Below are positions 60,560-64,000 of a DNA stretch of 64,000 nt, piece by piece. The stretch is from Marsupella aquatica. Lineage: Eukaryota; Plantae; Marchantiophyta. A model generated the notes under the pieces. That model worked only from the letters and a program-made list of their open reading frames with translations. It had not been told where the DNA came from and made no database searches. Every line of letters starts with the position of its first letter. The first letter of the stretch is position 1. Position numbers and translations under genes: made by a program. Location: positions 5,195,079 to 5,259,078 of the forward strand of contig OZ316898.1 in the NCBI GenBank assembly GCA_973895155.1. Direction: 5' to 3'.

Positions 60560-61602
60560 GCGGATTGCTGCTCAGCCCTTTTGACATGGGTTGTCGGCCT
60601 GCCGGATGCTATCTCCAGTTTAAAAACAAATCATATCCTAAGTCCCGGTGTTGCAGTAGTGTCCCCGACCCTAAGATGGAACAGAGTATCATCTTTCTTG
60701 TTTCCTACTACTACTGATGTATGTCTGTTCTCCCCTATTTTTGCTTACTGATTGGTCTCTCCACACTTCTTGCTTGACTTGCTGCTTCCTTCAATCCCCT
60801 ATCGTGGACTCACCTCGTGGCTGCAAGTATAGTTGTCTAGGTGATGTATGCATTGCGTGTTTAGGGTCTAGGTGACATCGCTGCTGAGCAAAATTTGCGA
60901 GCTGCCTAGGTCCATTGCCGAATGCTGCTTCCTTCAATCGCCTGGTGCCTGCTGTTACAATCGCCTGCTCAATCATGCACCCAATCTTCTGGAGCTCATT
61001 TGCCTAGAGCTTCATCCGTCAGATTCAAACTGTTATTGGACCTCTCTGTTGCCCAAAGTGTATACACTCCTAGCATTGTCGTCCCAAACTGCAAAATGCT
61101 TCTCCGTGTTCTGTCCTCGTGCTTCACTATTTGTATTCAGGTGTTTTTATCAGTTTCAGAGGGGAGGTCATTGTTTCTGCAAGTTGTTGGTGAGCTAAGC
61201 TTCCGCTGTGTGTAGGTTTAGAGAGTTGCGCGTGCAAGCTGACGACTTGCACCTGAGGCCACAATCTTTTAGGGAGCTTGGAGTGGAAGCTGACAACTTG
61301 GAGCGGGACTTCAACTTGCTATTACTAGCTACCTTGGACAAAGGTGACAGTCAGTAGCGCAAAGGTGAGACTTGGTAGTTTTAGCGGATTGCTGCTCTGC
61401 CCTTTTGCCATGGGTCGCCGGCCTGCCGGATGCTACTAGCAGATTAAGAACAAGTCATATCCTAAGTCCCGGTGTTGTAGTGGTGTCCCCGACCCTAAGA
61501 TGCCACCCGAAATCATCTTTCTTGTTTCCTGCTGTTGCTGATGTATGCATGTTCTCCCCTATTTTTGCTTACTGATTGGTCTCTCCACACTTCTTGCTTG
61601 AC
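60560..61602. repeat. Pair of ~220-bp direct repeats (60560-60778 and 61385-61602)
   Basis: GCGGATTGCTGCTC..CCTGCCGGATGCTA..CATATCCTAAGTCCCGGTGTTG..GTTCTCCCCTATTTTTGCTTACTGATTGGTCTCTCCACACTTCTTGCTTGAC in both copies. Confidence 0.9.
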
Positions 61603-63020
61603 ATGACTGTTTTGCTCCTCCCTGTATCAGAACATGCCTTGTGCCCCGTGCTCTGGCGATGGGGTGGGGGGGTGAACAGACGGCCTTAAGGTCCACTAAA
61701 TTTATAGGAACCGTGCAATCATTCAGCTGATTTTAGCAGCAAGTTCCCTTGCTTTCCCCTGTTTTTGCTAAGATCCCTCCCCACTAATCACATGCATCCT
61801 TTACTTTTCTCGGTGGCCCGTGCACCTGCCTTCCTACTTTCGTTCTTATGGACTTTCCTTAGGTTTTCTTTCACCTGATTTTGGACTTTTTGCTCCGGTG
61901 GAATCTGTCTTGACAACTTGTGTTTGTTCTAATTGTTAATATCTCAAGAGGGTTGTCAACTAAGCTCACAATAGTCAAAGCTAACTACAAGCTAGCAAAT
62001 AGGGAGAATGCTCCCAAGTCGAGTCAGGAGGAAGTTACTAAAACTAGACCTTCAGAACTCTCAAAACTGGAAAGTGAAATTCAGCCTGAGACACACAGCT
62101 GAAGGCCACATGGATAACTATATGGCCACGCTGTCCCTCATTCAAGTCCAAAGTCCTCTTCAGATTGTCTGAACTCCTATCTAAACTCCTGAACTGGATG
62201 AAGTCCTGTCTGAATGTGAAGTTCAGATTGGCAATCTCAAATGGCAAGTTCTGAACTCTTGTCTGAACTTCATCCACCCTTCTAAACTGGGATTTGTGCT
62301 ACGTGTATAGACTCCACATTGTTGCTTCTCCCTTTCGGGCCAACCCTCCTTGTGAAACGTAGGAGCACGATCATGGCACTTACACATAGTCTGACATTCA
62401 AAAAATGCTACTTCTCAGAAGCATGTTTCGAGTAGTTTGCCTGTGTGTTGAGCCCGGGGTTGAGCCTAATTATTTGTTTATTGCTTTAGTAACATGCATG
62501 GCCAATTGGTTTCTCTTCATGTAAAGGCAAGTTTTTGAAACTTACTACTTGAATTAGTGGTTTGAATTTAGTTAAGTGTTGAGAAATTAGCATTCACACT
62601 AACTATTTTTCTTTTGTGATTGAGTTCTCTTTGCTATTGAATGTATTGAATAATTATTTCATCACAGAAATTTTCAGAACAAACACGGAAGCACCAGGGG
62701 GCTGAGGATTGGATATTGAGGCTGAAGACATTGAGGTAATAAACTGGGTGTGGTTCGGGTGACAATGTTAGCAACTGATGCTTCTTCAGGGGAACTTCCC
62801 ATGTGCAGTTTATCCACACATGATTGACTTTGGTTCTCGCTGTTTTTCTTTTGGTGTACTCTTGAGTTTGGTGTCACTCTATCCTTTCCTGTAGCCTCAA
62901 AATAGGAACACACGTGCTTTGTGGTCCCCAATTGCCCAATGATTTATAATGACTGTGTCTAGGCAATGTATGCATTGCGTGTTCATTCCAGAAGAATGAA
63001 TATGTACACTTTGCACAAAC

Positions 63021-63308
63021 AGGAGGTTGAATCTTGCGGTACGTCAAGGGGAACTTGATCTTTGAATCATGGAACTGCTTGGTACTTTCTCGCTTGCACA
63101 GAGAGACAGGGACTGTCGTAGTCTTGATGATCTGGATGCAAGGGAACCGAACTCTATGACAAGAAGCCATCTCATCATACATCTGCTCTACAGCGATGTT
63201 CAATGTGGTATCACAATATTTCTTGTACATGTTGGGATAACCTGTACGACTCTGATACCCCACCTAGATACCAAAGTTCTTAATTGTGGTGGGCTTCTTT
63301 TCGAAGAT
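63021..63308 (-). pseudogene. RPL18A: 60S ribosomal protein L18a (eL20) last-exon fragment
   Basis: [83 protein letters not shown]>TAG stop; starts at a CAG acceptor (63309-63311); C-terminus truncated. Confidence 0.93.
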
Positions 63309-63410
63309 CTGGTAGACACATTATTCAGCATTTGCTAACTTTGAAACTAGAAGGGTAACACATTAAACAACAGAGAAACTCACAACATCCTCCTTTGGTC
63401 CTTCAGAGTC

Positions 63411-63874
63411 TGTACTTTGATTATGAAGTTTGACTGAGTTTCTGTTTACTGAAAGAATGTGACTGTGTAAGAGTTCCGTTTGGCAGTGGATTTTACTGAG
63501 TTTCTGTTTTGCCTTCAAGTAGGACATGGATGAATTGAGCTTGGAGGCAACAAAATGGCAAGGCCGAATCTGAATGGTTCCAGAAGTATGTGTGCTGCAT
63601 TTTGATCTGGAGAACCAATTGTAGAGTTGACTCTTTTTGAATGTTGTAGTCTATTTTGCCTTGAACTGGGCCATGGATGAATTGAGCTTGGAGGCAGTTT
63701 TTTTCATTCCCATCTTCCTGAAGCCTTGTCTGCTTTTTGCCACCCCCTTGTGGTGGGGACTTTTCTTGAAAGATCCTTATTGTGAACAGAGTTTGTACTT
63801 TGATTATGAAGTTTGACTGAGTTTCTGTTTACTGAAAGAACGTGACTGTGTAAGAGTTCCAGTTGGCAGTGGAT
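63411..63874. repeat. Interspersed short direct repeats (~80 bp at 63411 and 63795; ~25 bp at 63525 and 63672)
   Basis: TGTACTTTGATTATGAAGTTTGACTGAGTTTCTGTTTACTGAAAGAA..TTGGCAGTGGATT twice; CATGGATGAATTGAGCTTGGAGGCA twice. Confidence 0.85.
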
Positions 63875-64000
63875 TGGTTGAAGCACTTCCTGCTAGTGTG
63901 TTGTCCACAGCTCTTCAACCAGCTTTTGTATTCCTTGTCTTTCACCACTTACGGTGACATCAATTCAGCTAAGACCATAGAAGGTTCCAAAGCATCTAAC

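Overview
Eukaryotic plant nuclear DNA, most likely a moss. The DYW-PPR proteins resemble, from memory, the Physcomitrium/Funaria PPR_43/PPR_45 type. Three apparently intact genes: urease accessory protein UreF (-), a 26-motif PLS-class DYW-PPR candidate organellar C-to-U editing factor (+), and a DMP/DUF679 membrane protein (-). A second paralogous DYW-PPR about 29 kb downstream is decaying. It has a shorter repeat array, different RNA-recognition residues, a premature stop, a frame-restoring 4x13-bp microrepeat and a frameshifted DYW tail. The rest is repeat-rich. It includes a full-length Ty1/copia element lacking a matching target-site duplication, a copia-type solo LTR nested in a gypsy integrase remnant, a TA-flanked foldback MITE and a GC-rich element with an unidentified coiled-coil ORF. 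It also has many local tandem duplications and intron-bearing host-gene fragments (ATM-type ABC transporter, mitochondrial HSP60, RPL18a). The best candidate for a notable system is the PPR editor pair, which captures repeat-array expansion and specificity rewriting. No CRISPR, rRNA or tRNA genes were seen. All homology calls are by eye and none was searched against a database.
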